DNA of 64,000 nt, taken from Eledone cirrhosa. Its lineage: Eukaryota. Position 1 is the stretch's first letter, and every line of letters starts with the position of its first letter. The stretch spans positions 347,014,001 to 347,078,000 of the forward strand of contig OZ024740.1 in the NCBI GenBank assembly GCA_964016885.1, read 5' to 3'. Positions 1 to 13,611 of this stretch are shown here, piece after piece. A model generated the notes under the pieces. The model was not told the DNA's origin and searched no databases. It saw only the letters and a list, made by a program, of their open reading frames with translations. A program made the position numbers and the translations under genes.

Positions 1-294
1 GAGAGACCTTCACACAACCAGTACGAACATGGAAATAGACTCGAAACTGTATAGAATGTGCTTGTGATGGTCATTTCTATATAGCAAAGAGAAAACGGCG
101 GTTTAAATGGTAATTTTCATGTAGAGGAAAATTGCCTGGTTGAAATTAATTGCCAGTAGTCCTAAAAGAGAGTTTAACTATAATTGCGGTGTACATGAAT
201 GTATGCAGTACATGAATGTATGCAGTACATGATTATATACAATAAACCTATGTATACATGTGTGTGTGTGTGTATGTCTGTGTGTGTGCGGGGG

Positions 295-365
<71 letters not shown>

Positions 366-949
366 AAATTATATAGGTTGTATGCCATTTCATTTGCTCC
401 TTTTTGTATAATAACTCTGGTGAGGGTTCTCAAGTTTAATTTAGAATTATAGCTTTTAGCACCTATTCACTTGTGTTTTGTGATGGCCATTTTTATTGTA
501 AGCACTAAAAGGCAATTTTGCCTCTCGGCAGAACTTTTATGATGCCACAACTAAAGGTAAAGTCTCATGCATTTTCACTTGCCAAATATGTTTCATTATC
601 ACTAGAGAAAGAATGAAAATGTTAGATTGCCTCTGGTAAACGCATACTGCAAGGATTTCTATCAGATTTATACAAAATATGAGACGACCAGACCAAGGAT
701 TTACAGATACATTCAATACACCATGTTTTAACGCATCTCAATCTATCCAGATTTTGAACAAATTGGTTGCATTCTCCCTGGTTTCTGATTGCAAAATGTC
801 ACACAACATGATCTAACCAAGGATATTATTATGAATCCAAATTCTTAAACATTTAGCAAATATTCCAAACATATATATATATATATAGCTATACTTTGAA
901 TAAAATATATACACTTTGATATTTTTCCTTATCAGATGTGATCGGTTGG

Positions 950-1640
950 TCCCTAACAGTTATGAGAGATTATGACTATTCTCGGCGTATAGCCATATAC
1001 GATTCAGGACACTGCAGAAGACGGAATATATGGCTTATAACCAGAAACATGGAAATTACGTGAAAGCAGTTGAGTATTTTAGGTATCTTCGTTCATGGAT
1101 CAACACCTCAGAAAAAGACATGAGTACTAGAGTTAAGTTAGCATGGACAGTTGCAAACAAAATGGATGAAATTCGGTAATCAAATTTCAAAACCAAAATA
1201 AAGGCTATGTTTTCTGATCAACAGTTGAAAGTGTGTTTGTGTATGGATCGGAGTGCTGGACACTCACAAAAGAGGCAGAAAGACGGTTAGATGGCACATA
1301 TACAAAAGTGCTGTGAAATTGTAAAATGAAACTTGCACGGAACAAGCGGTTCTTTACACGGTAACCTGAGACCGATTACTGGCAGCATAAATGCTAGAAG
1401 ACTCAGTCTCATAGGTCACGTATGGCGAAGATATCAAGCAGAGGCATTAACCCTGTTACTGCTATGAGAACCCACACAGGGTAGAAGAACAAGAAGTCGG
1501 TTTCATTCTACGTTTCCGGAATGATTTTGTAAACCCACGATACAACAGAATGAACTCGAGTATGACATGGTAGATAGGGAAAGTGGAGAAGTATAATCAT
1601 CAGTGTTATCCTAGGAAACTCGACATGGTGATGAGGATAC
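950..1640 (+). mobile_element. RTE-clade LINE 3' fragment (decayed RT C-terminus/thumb)
   Basis: Manual translation gives VKAVEYFRYLRSWINTSEKDMSTRVKLAW...STVESVFVYGSECWTLTKEAERRLDGTYTKVL*, matching the F.YLGS and LLYG.E.WTL motifs of RTE LINEs; stops and frameshifts present. Confidence 0.75.
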
Positions 1641-1736
1641 ATAAGTAAATACATACACATAGTTGCATATGTGTGTGAATATGAATATATATGAGTAAGG
1701 TTTTAAATATATCTGATCATATATTAAATATATCTG

Positions 1737-1813
<77 letters not shown>

Positions 1814-1831
1814 ATATATTACTCTTTTACT

Positions 1832-1871
1832 CTTTTACCTGTTTCAGCCATCCGGCTGAAACAGGTAAAAG
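1832..1871. repeat. Short perfect fold-back between (TA)n tracts
   Basis: cttttacctgtttcagcc-atcc-ggctgaaacaggtaaaag. Confidence 0.85.
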
Positions 1872-2911
1872 TATATATATATATTCTGAACTCAATTTAT
1901 GGTGTGTTACAATTGTTTCGCCGGCGGACATCTCAAGACGCGATCATTGTGTGGATCTGTTTGATTCTTGACCCGCAGGTTTGACGGACACGTCTAACGA
2001 TTTCGGAACACATTCTCTCACTGGGGTATCTGACCCTCTGGGCCAGTACCGTCAAAAAGTTCATCCTCTTCGCGTGTCCTGTGATTGGCCGCTGGTTGTC
2101 TACATCATCATAATTGTGACCACAGGTACCAGCCCGCTGACCATCATGGGGTTAGGTGTTCCATGTCTGCTACACTTCAATAAATTAATGCTCTGTTTCG
2201 TAGTTCACACATCCACACGCGCACGCGCGCACACACACACGCACACACATACACACACACACACGCACGCACACACACACACACACACACGCACACACAC
2301 ACACACACACACAATCACATAGATAACGAGAGTCGTAAGCATAGACGCCCACTATACACACATTTAAGGAGTACATATAAACATAAACATAGGCATACAT
2401 ACATCCAGAGAGGCGAGTACATACACAGACACATGCCCACATGCCTATATACATCAACATACACACACACATGTGCATACACATGCATACGAGTATATAT
2501 ACCCGTACACACAAACACGTACAGACATACATAGACCGCACCCCTCCACCCACGCACACACATATATACACGTACCCATATACATACACGTACCCATATA
2601 CATATATACACACACACAGATAACCACTAGCTCGCAAACACACATATATACACACAAACAAGCCCTTTCCCTACACGGATGCTTGTACACACACACTGGT
2701 TCTTATACACTCTTACAAATATGCGCATATTCATATACACACCCGCGCACGCATAACAAATATATATAAATATACTTAAAAGGAATATACACACAAAGTC
2801 ATATAAAGATACACAATGGGTCATACATGAAAGGATGCATCTTGTTATAAATATATACATATATAAAAAACACATACATACACACATATACATATATATA
2901 TATATATATAT

Positions 2912-3530
2912 GACGAAATATCAATGATGGTTGGCAAATCACTGACGAAGGACTAATTTTATCATATGTTACCCATGTGCAACCACGCAGTATACTTCTT
3001 TCTTCTCATGTTTTTTATATATACTTACCTCGGCTGCGTTTGTCTGTTTCTCTCTTACTGCTTCCCCGTTCTCTCTGTTGCTCTCACATTCTTTCGCCCC
3101 CTCTGTCAGTTACACTTTCTCTCCACTGACCTCTTCCTCACACTTCCACTCACTCACTCTCTGTTTCTCCCCTTCTCACTTCCTCCCGTTTGGCTAGTAG
3201 CTCTTCTTGCTCACATCTCACTCACATCGGACGGTGTGTATCTTGATCGCTCATGAAATCCACCCAGATTATGCTGACCGGATAACCATGTTGCTTGTTT
3301 ATTCCCATCTTTGCGTTGATTTCCTCATTCAATGTTGTTTACTTGCCTCACTCGCTTTACGCGATTTACTTGTCCCAATTGCTTTTTTTAGTTATTGCTC
3401 GCACCAACCTGAGATATATGATTTTTAATGCGACGAAATATCAATGATGGTTGGCAAATCACGAACGAAGGACTAATTTTATCATATGTAACCCATGTGC
3501 AACCACGCAGTATTCTTCTTTCTTCTCATG

Positions 3531-3537
<7 letters not shown>
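2912..3537 (+). mobile_element. (TA)n-flanked ~520-bp-period element with ~105-bp terminal direct repeat (family T)
   Basis: gacgaaatatcaatgatggttggcaaatca...catgttttt at 2912 and again at 3432; homologous to 52829-53808 and to 60690-60905 (reverse). Confidence 0.8.
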
Positions 3538-3614
<77 letters not shown>

Positions 3615-3618
<4 letters not shown>

Positions 3619-3960
3619 GCAAAGAACCGCTGATTTGCTTTATAAATAAATATTGACATGCCCTAAAAAAATACAACCTTAACGGTTGGAACTTCCTGAC
3701 TATCCAGGAAAGAATCGCTGCTTTCACCCTCAACAGGATCTTCTGAAACTAACAAAGTCAATCTGTGAACGCAGACTTCTGCGTTCACAGATTGACTTTC
3801 TAAATTTCTGAAGATCCCGTTAAGGGTGAAAGCAGCGATTCTTTGCTTAAACTTTAATCTGTTATTTTAATAAATATTTGCTCTACGGTTCTTATATATT
3901 TGATATATATTTATCCTTATCGAGCCCTCATTGGATTTTAGTCTTCAACTGTATTATTAT

Positions 3961-3963
<3 letters not shown>
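3615..3963 (+). mobile_element. (TA)n-flanked fold-back element (family H1) with hammerhead
   Basis: Inverted arms ~3709-3776 and 3779-3844; the 3' tail (ctttaatctgttattttaataaatatttgctctacgg...) recurs at 43390-43500, 51948-52200 and 59990-60100; also contains a piece of the 6720-6800 family. Confidence 0.8.
3803..3853 (+). ncRNA. Type I hammerhead ribozyme motif
   Basis: aattt CTGAAGA tccc gttaa gggt GAAA gca gcgattctt tgc TT aaact: canonical core, stems I-III form, CUU site. Confidence 0.75.
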
Positions 3964-4030
<67 letters not shown>

Positions 4031-4130
4031 AAAATATATTTAAACAAATATATACATATAACGGCACATAAAGATACACAGTGGGCTATACATGAAAGTG
4101 TGCACCATGATGTTATTACGTTATGTTTAT

Positions 4131-5252
<1,122 letters not shown>

Positions 5253-5322
5253 TGCATATATATATATGTGTGCGTCTGTATACATATATGTATGTACGTA
5301 TACATACATACATACTTACATT

Positions 5323-5351
<29 letters not shown>

Positions 5352-5356
<5 letters not shown>

Positions 5357-5725
5357 ATTGAATATACAAAAGAGGTAAACACAAATATAAACATAAATGT
5401 GTTCGAATTGTAAGGGATCAAGTTCGATAGGGTGAAAAAATACTAACTATAACAATATGGTTTGCCAGCCTCAATTGAAAGTAATAAATTAAGAAAAAGA
5501 AAAAAAAACCTATATTAGGCAGCTTCCAAATATAGGTTTGTTTTTCTTTCATAGTTAGTATTATATCACCCTACCGAACTTGGTTCCTTACAATTCGAAC
5601 ACATGTATGTTTATATTTTGTGTTTACCTCTCTTATATATTCAATTATATTACACGGCTCAGAAAAACTTCTTTCTTTGCGCTATTTAATTGTAAGAGTC
5701 TATTTTGACTTTCTAACTCAATATA
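5352..5725. repeat. (TA)n-flanked fold-back element
   Basis: 5355-5450 is the reverse complement of 5550-5650, with an inner hairpin aaacctatatt...aatataggttt; the 3' part (cacggctcagaaa...ctatttaattgtaa) recurs at 29825-29895. Confidence 0.75.
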
Positions 5726-5728
5726 TAC

Positions 5729-5780
<52 letters not shown>

Positions 5781-5987
5781 GTATTAATTATACTATTTAT
5801 GGTTATGTAAATACAACAACCTTATGCAGTTATATGTATTTTTTATACAAACCCTAAATAGTGGTAGGCAGTAATGTATTACTACCTTATTAACAGTAAG
5901 TTAAGTAGCTCAATGTAAAAACATCAGATGCTTTACAGAGCAGTTATATGAAATATAAGAATCAAAGAACTGTTCAAAACATTATTG

Positions 5988-6034
5988 TGCTTACAGCTGT
6001 TTCCTCCAAACCGAGGTTTGGATTCTTCGGAGCA
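5988..6034 (-). ncRNA. Type I hammerhead motif (U4C core variant)
   Basis: rc: tgct CCGAAGA atccaaacctcggtttggag GAAA cagctg TA agca. Confidence 0.7.
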
Positions 6035-6273
6035 ATTTATTAATGAATGGACAGTTATATGACCTCCTTTTCAGCAAAAGAGACATACCGATACATATGC
6101 AAATATTGTGGGTCAACATTCATTACAGAATTTAGAGTGGCAGTACACACTTCGAGATGTGTGTACTGCCACTCTAAATTCTGTAATGAATGTTGACCCA
6201 CAATATTTGCATATGTATCGGTATGTCTCTTGGCTGAAAAGGAGGTTATATAACTGTCCATTCATTAATAAAT

Positions 6274-6320
6274 TGCTCCGAAGAATCCAAACCGCGGTTT
6301 GGAGGAAACAGCTGTAAGCA
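6274..6320 (+). ncRNA. Type I hammerhead motif (U4C core variant)
   Basis: tgct CCGAAGA a-tccaaacc-gc-ggtttgga-g GAAA cagctg TA agca; palindromic CAGCTG stem III. Confidence 0.75.
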
Positions 6321-6384
6321 CAATAATGTTTTGAACAGTTCTTTGATTCTTATACTTCATATATTTCATATATTTCATATTTCG

Positions 6385-6456
<72 letters not shown>

Positions 6457-6609
6457 TATAAATATATATACATATATATATATATACATGTATATATACA
6501 TATGTATATATATATGCAGAGGATATATTTAATTTGTTGGGATTCAACAAGCTTAAAAAAATGTTATAACTGATATAAAGCACTCAACAAGTTAATGGAG
6601 TAAATACAC

Positions 6610-6970
6610 AATATATTAAGAAATGGAAACTTTATTTATAAAACCATATTTGTTTTATTATATATATTTCAAGGGGTACCAAGGCAAATTATGGTGCGCT
6701 TTCATCAGATAAAATACAGACTTGTTTTATAAATAAATATTGACATACCCGGAAAAAAGACAACCTTAACGGTTGGATCTTCCTGGATAGTCAGGAAGCT
6801 CCAACCGTCAAGGTTGTCTTTTTTTCCGGGTATGTCAATATTTATTTATAAAACAAATCTGTATTTTATCTCAATTATCACCATAATTTGCCTTGGTTGC
6901 CCTTGAAATATATATAATAAAATAAATATGGCTTTAAAAATATAGATTCCATTTATTAATATATTATGTA
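6610..6970. repeat. Fold-back element (family H3), arms ~6640-6783 and ~6796-6935
   Basis: ttgacatacccggaaaaaagacaacc / ggttgtcttttttccgggtatgtcaa; centre cttcctg-gatagt-caggaag. Confidence 0.85.
6653..6714 (-). ncRNA. Type I hammerhead motif
   Basis: rc: ttttat CTGATGA aag...ctt GAAA tatata TA ataaaa; the CTGATGA core is destroyed in the opposite arm. Confidence 0.8.
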
Positions 6971-7063
6971 TATATATTATATATAGTGAAAAATGGAACG
7001 GGAACAAAACAGAGAGGCAGTACGAACAAAGGTGTATTAGTTTCACGCTCTTGAGAGTGGGGG

Positions 7064-7106
<43 letters not shown>

Positions 7107-7210
7107 GTATTTATATATATGTATATATATATATATGTATATATATATGTATATATATATATGTATATATATATGTGTGTATATATATATATGTATATGT
7201 ATATATATAT

Positions 7211-7280
<70 letters not shown>

Positions 7281-7304
7281 ATATATATATATGTATATAT
7301 ATAT

Positions 7305-7420
7305 GTAGGTTGTGAGTTCAATTCTCGGACCGGGTGATGTGTTGTTTCCTTGAGCAAGACACTCTATTTCACGTTGCTCCAGTTTACTCAGCTGTAGAAA
7401 TGAGTACTGGCCTGCCCGCC
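7305..7420 (+). mobile_element. tRNA-derived SINE fragment (family B)
   Basis: B-box gagttcaattc followed by ccttgagcaagacact...gttgctccagtttactcagctgtagaaatgagt; homologous to 29075-29330 and 38085-38385. Confidence 0.6.
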
Positions 7421-7588
7421 CAGCCAGTGGGATGGAGTTATCTTATGGCTAAAACAGCACGACGTGCTGTGACCAGCGGCGCCGATTGGCGCCCGACAGA
7501 CTGGTCGGTCAAGGTGATATATATATATATATATATATATATGCATATATATATATATATTTATATATATATATATATATATGTGTGT

Positions 7589-7660
<72 letters not shown>

Positions 7661-8199
7661 TTATATATATATATATGTATATACATATATATATACCCAC
7701 ACACAAACATATATATGTATGTATATATATATATATATACGGTGTGTGGTAGGGTATTTTTGAGAGGGTATTTTTTATAGTTGTATTTAGTTGTGTGTTT
7801 GTGTGTTTCCACGTGCGTCGGTGTCTGTGTCTGTGTGGGTGAGTCTAATTATTAATACCGATACTTACGTCTGACAACATGACTACCTTAATATTTAGAT
7901 TTAGATTATTCGTCGTAATTGAACAGGGAAATTGGAAATAAACAATCAAAATCTGAAATAGAAATTATTGATACAAATAGCGAAAGCAGGAAAAAGACAA
8001 ATTGAAAATATAATAACTTTTAAATTAACACAAAACTAAACAATTTGTAAGCGACAATTAAAGTGCTAGACATTAGATGTAAAAGTTTGTATAGAATGCG
8101 ATTTTTTGCAGATGCCGAAGAGTTGAGGATTTGAGTGCTTCAAATATATTGCTGTAAGGTATCATTGTATTTGTACGTGTATATACTTTATATGCATAC

Positions 8200-8236
<37 letters not shown>

Positions 8237-8242
<6 letters not shown>

Positions 8243-9007
8243 AAAGTAAGTCCATAGAATCATTAGATAAAATATATACAGTATTTCTTCTCCCAATCAG
8301 CATAATAAACCATACAAAAAATCATTTAAACGAGGCTATAATTTTAAAATATACCTATGAATAAATAATTGTTTCTACTTTTGGCACAAGGCCAGCAATT
8401 ACTTAGTGTATTACTGGTATTTTATTTTATCGACCCCGTAAGGATGAAAGGCAAAGTTAACCTCGGCGGGATTTGAACTCAGAATGGCAAGGGCCGTAAC
8501 TCTATGCGTCAAAGCATGGCGTCCAACCCTCTACCGATACTGCCAATCCACCACTCTATAAATAAATAATAGATAAATAAATGATAGCTATTTACCCGCG
8601 ATTCACAGCCATAGAAAATTTACCTAGTATTTCTGATAGCCTGTAGAAATTGACTAGATATATAGTTAACCATACATAATTAGGTACAAAATCAAAGTTA
8701 GAAGAAAAAATGTACATAAACATACCAAAATATATCTCTACCCCGGAGGTTTCATTCCCTTCTTGCATAAATCAACGAGTTTCGAAATCATCAGGAGACA
8801 CACTCAATTGGACAAAGATTTTTCTTAAATGATCCCCGCCAGAAACGAATTCAAAATGGCTAAGAATTTCTATCATTTCTTCATGGGTATATTTTAGACT
8901 TATAGCCTCTTTTAAATGATTTTTTTGTATGGTTGATTATGCTGATTGGGAGAAGAAATACTGTGTATATTATATCTAATGATTCTATGGACTTACTTTC
9001 TTATATA
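8237..9007. repeat. Element with ~125-bp terminal inverted repeats, interrupted by a SINE
   Basis: 8237-8360 is the reverse complement of 8880-9007; TA-rich flanks. Confidence 0.75.
8366..8554 (-). mobile_element. tRNA-derived SINE family A
   Basis: A-box tggcagtatcgg, B-box gagttcaaatcc, body ...gcctttcatccttacggggtcgataaaataaa...ccttgtgccaaaagtagaaacaatt; flanked by ataaataat duplication. Confidence 0.9.
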
Positions 9008-10159
9008 TTGCTCTGATTGTTGATTATTTAATTAATTAATTCGTCATTGAGCCACACCGTGAATGGTTGCCGAAAACCTATACACATATATATATATATC
9101 TATGGCTCTGTCTAGTTTATGTGTATGAAAACTTCTAAATTTTTTCCTTGTAATTTTCAAGCGGAATACTAGGCATAATTTTCAAAGTCTTTCTTGTTAT
9201 AACACCCCTAGGATACACACTTGTGTATTCTAGCCCTTGCTTATATCCACAACCTTGGTTTTAGTTCGCTAAACTTAAAAGTAGTTTTCTAAGTGTGCTG
9301 TGACACTATATGGTCAGAAGTAACTTTCTCAGAAAAATATTTTCTAGGTGATAAATAGAACCTGTTCAAATATATCAGTGATAAAGTATATATATTTTGG
9401 CAGAAAAACAGACAGGATATTTCTACACGCTGTAATTTTCAGTGTTAGGTTATTCATCGTTATTTCCCGAAAGCAACTGTAGGAAATTGGGTGCACCATG
9501 CAACCTGCTCAGCTAGGTTCTTGTCATCCGAAATCGCATTTCCCAAATATATGAATTTTTTAACCGCACTTAAAAGTTAATTCTCTGTCGGGAGTTTTAG
9601 TCACGACACGTAAGTTTCAATTTAGTTGATAGATTGAAGTGTGACACCGTTTATGCAATTTGATGTGCAACATTTTTTTATATTGTCGAGAGAATTAAAT
9701 TACCGATGGTGAAACATCAGGAAAGAGAAGCATCCGAATAGATATGTTGTCGCACAATATCATACCTCGTAGCCGAAATATATTCAACAGGTAAGAACAC
9801 ATTCTCTTAGGATTACACACTACATTCGTGCCCTCTATCCCCATGATTTAAATTTCGACACTTAGAAATAACGGAAAGAGTGTTGAGTCGAGGATACTAC
9901 TCTAATTTGCTACCCGAGCAGCGGGAAAGGAGGCTGACCTTTAGGTTCCATGTAAGAAGCTTTCCAACGCCTGAATATTATTTCAAATATACCAATCCAT
10001 CCATATCGTTTGGGCAGGAACCAGAAAAGATGCTCACTGTTCTTCTACGCTGATTCGAGCAGAAATGTTAGCTATAAAATTGTCGAGAAATTCATTTTTT
10101 TGTTGCTGTTGTTGTTATGAAGCGCACGTATAGGTATCTAATCATATTAATGTACATTA

Positions 10160-10341
10160 TTGGCAGTATCGGTAGAGGGTCGGACGCCATGTTTGACGCA
10201 TAGAGTTACGGCCCTTGCCATTCTGAGTTCAAATCCCGCCGAGGTTAACTTTGCCTTTCATCTTTACGGGGTCGATAAAATAAAGTACCAGTAATATACT
10301 GGATAATTTGCTGGCCTTGTGCCAAAAGTAGAAACAATTAT
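10160..10341 (+). mobile_element. SINE family A
   Basis: Full A/B-box head and tail, near-identical to other copies. Confidence 0.9.
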
Positions 10342-10449
10342 TATAGAGAGCTCACTAGACATTCAAAATTTGAACCTCATATACATGAGAATTTTGTTTG
10401 ATCGTTCGAATTTCTTGCGCAGCGTCAACTATAACGGTAAATGAGGAAA

Positions 10450-10568
10450 TAATTGTTTCTACTTTTGGCACATGGCCAGCAATTATACAAGTGTATTACT
10501 GTTATTTTATTTTATCGCGCCCGTAAGGATGACAGGCAAAGTTAACCTCCGCGGGATTTGAACTCAGA
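10450..10568 (-). mobile_element. SINE family A, 5'-truncated, with TSD
   Basis: aatgaggaaataat repeated on both sides. Confidence 0.85.
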
Positions 10569-12717
10569 ATGAGGAAATAATAAAACATTTTTTCTTCAAA
10601 AATATTAGCGTCATTAGAACAAAGTGTTTATAGATAATCACTAAATATAACGTCACCAACTCATCTACATATAAAAACATCAAGATGCATAACCAGGTGC
10701 AAATCCGCAACTTATTGTTTAAACATGGTTTACTATACTAGGTGAGAATATCTTTATTATGGGAAGTAGCTTAATGTTTCTGCCGTGGCTTTCGTTTGTG
10801 CCCTACTGTAAAAGGTTAGTGTAACGTGAAAGGTATTATTTTGTCAGGCAGTGACCATATATTGCTTGTAATGTGTAATACATTTTGTGTTTCAAAGTTG
10901 AATGGAGTTTGTATCAGATATGTGATGTTTCATTGTGTAACATTAATAAGATGTAGCATCTAAAATATTTGTTGTGGGAATCATTATTCTTATAATGTCG
11001 ACAATCTGTTATATAAGAGTATGTGTCGTATAATTTTATTGGATGTTTATTGCAAAAGCCATGCGTTGTTTGAAGAAAGTGCATAGAGTTATTTGTGGTA
11101 TTGAACCGATAACGTGTTGCTTTTATTGTGAGCTTTACCTGAGTTATACATTAGTCTGTGTGTAACGGCATGACGCCTCGTATGCCTTATATGGTTGCGT
11201 TCGTATTTTTTTCATCATAAATAGTAAACAAATTAATATTGTTTTTAACTTCGCACCCTATATCTGAAACTTTTTCTACATATCCATATCTCTTGATAGT
11301 TTTTCCATTTGAATGTACCTTTTTAGGTGCAATAAAGCTTTTTTTATTTGAGCTACTGAAAGTTATCTTACCACTAGAGCTGGCATTTTTGGCTGGTTTC
11401 TTGACTGACAGGTTGCTGTTGTTGATAATGATGTTGTTTGAGATGTTGTAATTGTTGCAGTTGTTTTTTTTTATTGTGGCTATTTCTGTGTCTACGTTTA
11501 TGTTCATAAGTGTTTACATAACAATCAGGTTTCACCAAGAACTTTCACAATTTAGTTGGATTCTGGTGTGCTGTAGCAAATATATAAAAATAAATAACTT
11601 TTCTTTAGTGTATATAAATCCATTTCAAGTGACTTACAATTCCAGTTGATATAGCTATACATAAATCTTTGTAAGAATTGCAACTTCCTTTGTCTTCGAG
11701 ATATTCTCACAATATTATGGTGTCAGTGAATTATAAAGATGAGTTGAAATAATTAATCTAAATGTGATCGTTGTATTTAATCTACGAAAATTCAAATAAA
11801 GCCCCTACTTTTAAAATGGTGTCAGTTTCTTATTCAAAATCTACTGAGATTACCGTTAGTCATTTACTTGTTTATTTTTGTAATATGTGTCATTTAATTT
11901 AATTTTCTACTGAAATACAGATGAGACATTACGCCATGCTGTGCCTGATAAATCGCTTCAAAATTCATGTTTAGAATTTGAGCCATGGACGTAAATCTTA
12001 TGAAATTTTTTATGTGAAAAAAAAAATAATAAAACAGCCAGCACAAAAGGTTTAATAGGAACGTTGAGTAGACCAAAATTGGAAAAAAAGATAATTCACA
12101 AATACGGAAATGATCACACACCAAAAATAAGAAGAAAATATCTAGGAATGCAAGCTGAGAATCAATTACCATCTTTAAACATTTTAAGTTCAAATGTATG
12201 TACGTGCTGAAGGAGTGCATGTATTTTGGCATACGCGTTTTATCATATGTGTTTTATCATATGTACTTGTACTAGCGTATGCTAGCCAGCATGCATGCTT
12301 ATCACATCGACACTTAAAATACATATCACAAGTGTATTTTCTAAAATATTTGAATTTGCAATGGATAAATATTTGAATTTGCATAACGGGAAAATATTAT
12401 TTTTCACGATATCTTCCCTAAATTAAAGTGTTGGAATTGTTACAAATGATAGAGCAATATACGAAACTATTTGGATTATCTATTTTCTGGATATGTACTC
12501 GAATGTTCAATTATTATGCGAGATATTGTTCTGTATGTCACTGTTTTATCTACGAATTTGATATGGACAGTTTCCAAAATGACTCTTAACCTTTGCTTTG
12601 CAGTATAAGAAAATATGTTTTGTCTTTAACGGTGCATTAAATAAGACATTTGATTTTTCCTGCTTAATGGTCATTGTCCTCTGCTCGAAAAATGTTACGA
12701 CATTACTTTAGAAAAAT

Positions 12718-12910
12718 GGTGGTGGATTGGCAGTATCGGTAGATCGACAGACACCCTGCATTGCAGCATAGAGTTATGGCCCTTTACGTTCTGAGTTCAA
12801 ATCTCGCCGAGGTTAACTTTGCCTTTCATCCTTACGGGGTCTATAAAATCAAGTACGAATTATGCACTGCGATAATTGCTGGACTTGTGCCAAAAGTAGA
12901 AACAATTATT
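12718..12910 (+). mobile_element. SINE family A
   Basis: Match to consensus over ~190 bp. Confidence 0.9.
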
Positions 12911-13353
12911 TAAAATAATACAAGAAATATCATATTCACAATAGATATAGTGACTCGAAAAAATGCCTCCACATATAATGTTATTTGAAGACGATCCAAC
13001 CAGGAATGTACAAGCAAACAGGAGTTTCGGAACATAGCCTACAAATATTCCATAGAAAATGTATCAACTGTCTGATATGAGGAACTATATTGCGAGTGTG
13101 CTCATTAAAATTGACTTAGAGCTAAAATTTAAATAATTGTATTCCTATATGCTCTACACACGTAAACGATATCAAAGGCTTGAGTGCAATCTATCCTCAA
13201 TGTTGGCATTGGTGGATAACAATGTCTTGGTAAACAATATGAATAAATACCAAGAGGAAATGCCATATGAAAGCACGTGTTGACAAAGTAAGAAAATATA
13301 TTAAAGAAGTGATGCTGAAGAATTTAAATGAACATATACGACAATAAGAAAAA

Positions 13354-13611
13354 TAATTGTTTCTACTTTTGGCACAAGGCCAGCAATTATCTCAGTGCAT
13401 TACTGGTACTTTATTTATCGACCCCGTAGGGATGAAAGGCAAAGTTAACCTAGGCGGGATTTGAACTCAGAATGGCAAGGGCCGTAACTCTATGCATCAA
13501 AGCATGGCGTCCAACCCTCTACCGATACTGCCAATTCATTTGAACTCAGATCGTAAAGGGACGTAACTATGCTGGAAAGCATGGCGTCCGACCCTCTATC
13601 GATACTGCCAA
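13354..13611 (-). mobile_element. SINE family A with a second, tandem 5' tRNA-like head
   Basis: Full copy at 13354-13533 plus an extra head at 13538-13611 from a different subfamily (ctttccagcatagttacgtccc). Confidence 0.85.

Larger units (their letters stand above)
5946..6362. repeat. ~200-bp-arm near-perfect palindrome carrying a hammerhead in each arm
   Basis: Arms ~5946-6150 and ~6159-6362 around a ttcgaga loop; the ORF track shows the same peptide on both strands. Confidence 0.9.

Noticed and set aside
1885-2210. Possible solo LTR (AATAAA at ~2179)
   Set aside because: No clear TG...CA ends, TSD or second copy in the window
5946-6362. Interpretation as an integrated viroid/obelisk genome
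   Set aside because: Arms are literal inverted duplicates of one sequence, which PLE-type inverted insertion explains more simply; no independent antigenomic ribozyme or ORF
8366-8554. A/B-box sequences as tRNA genes
   Set aside because: No cloverleaf; attached to a shared SINE body and tail with TSDs
9700-9800. Possible exon ending in CAG|GTAAGA
   Set aside because: Good donor only; the ATG frame closes at TAG and there is no supporting acceptor or homology
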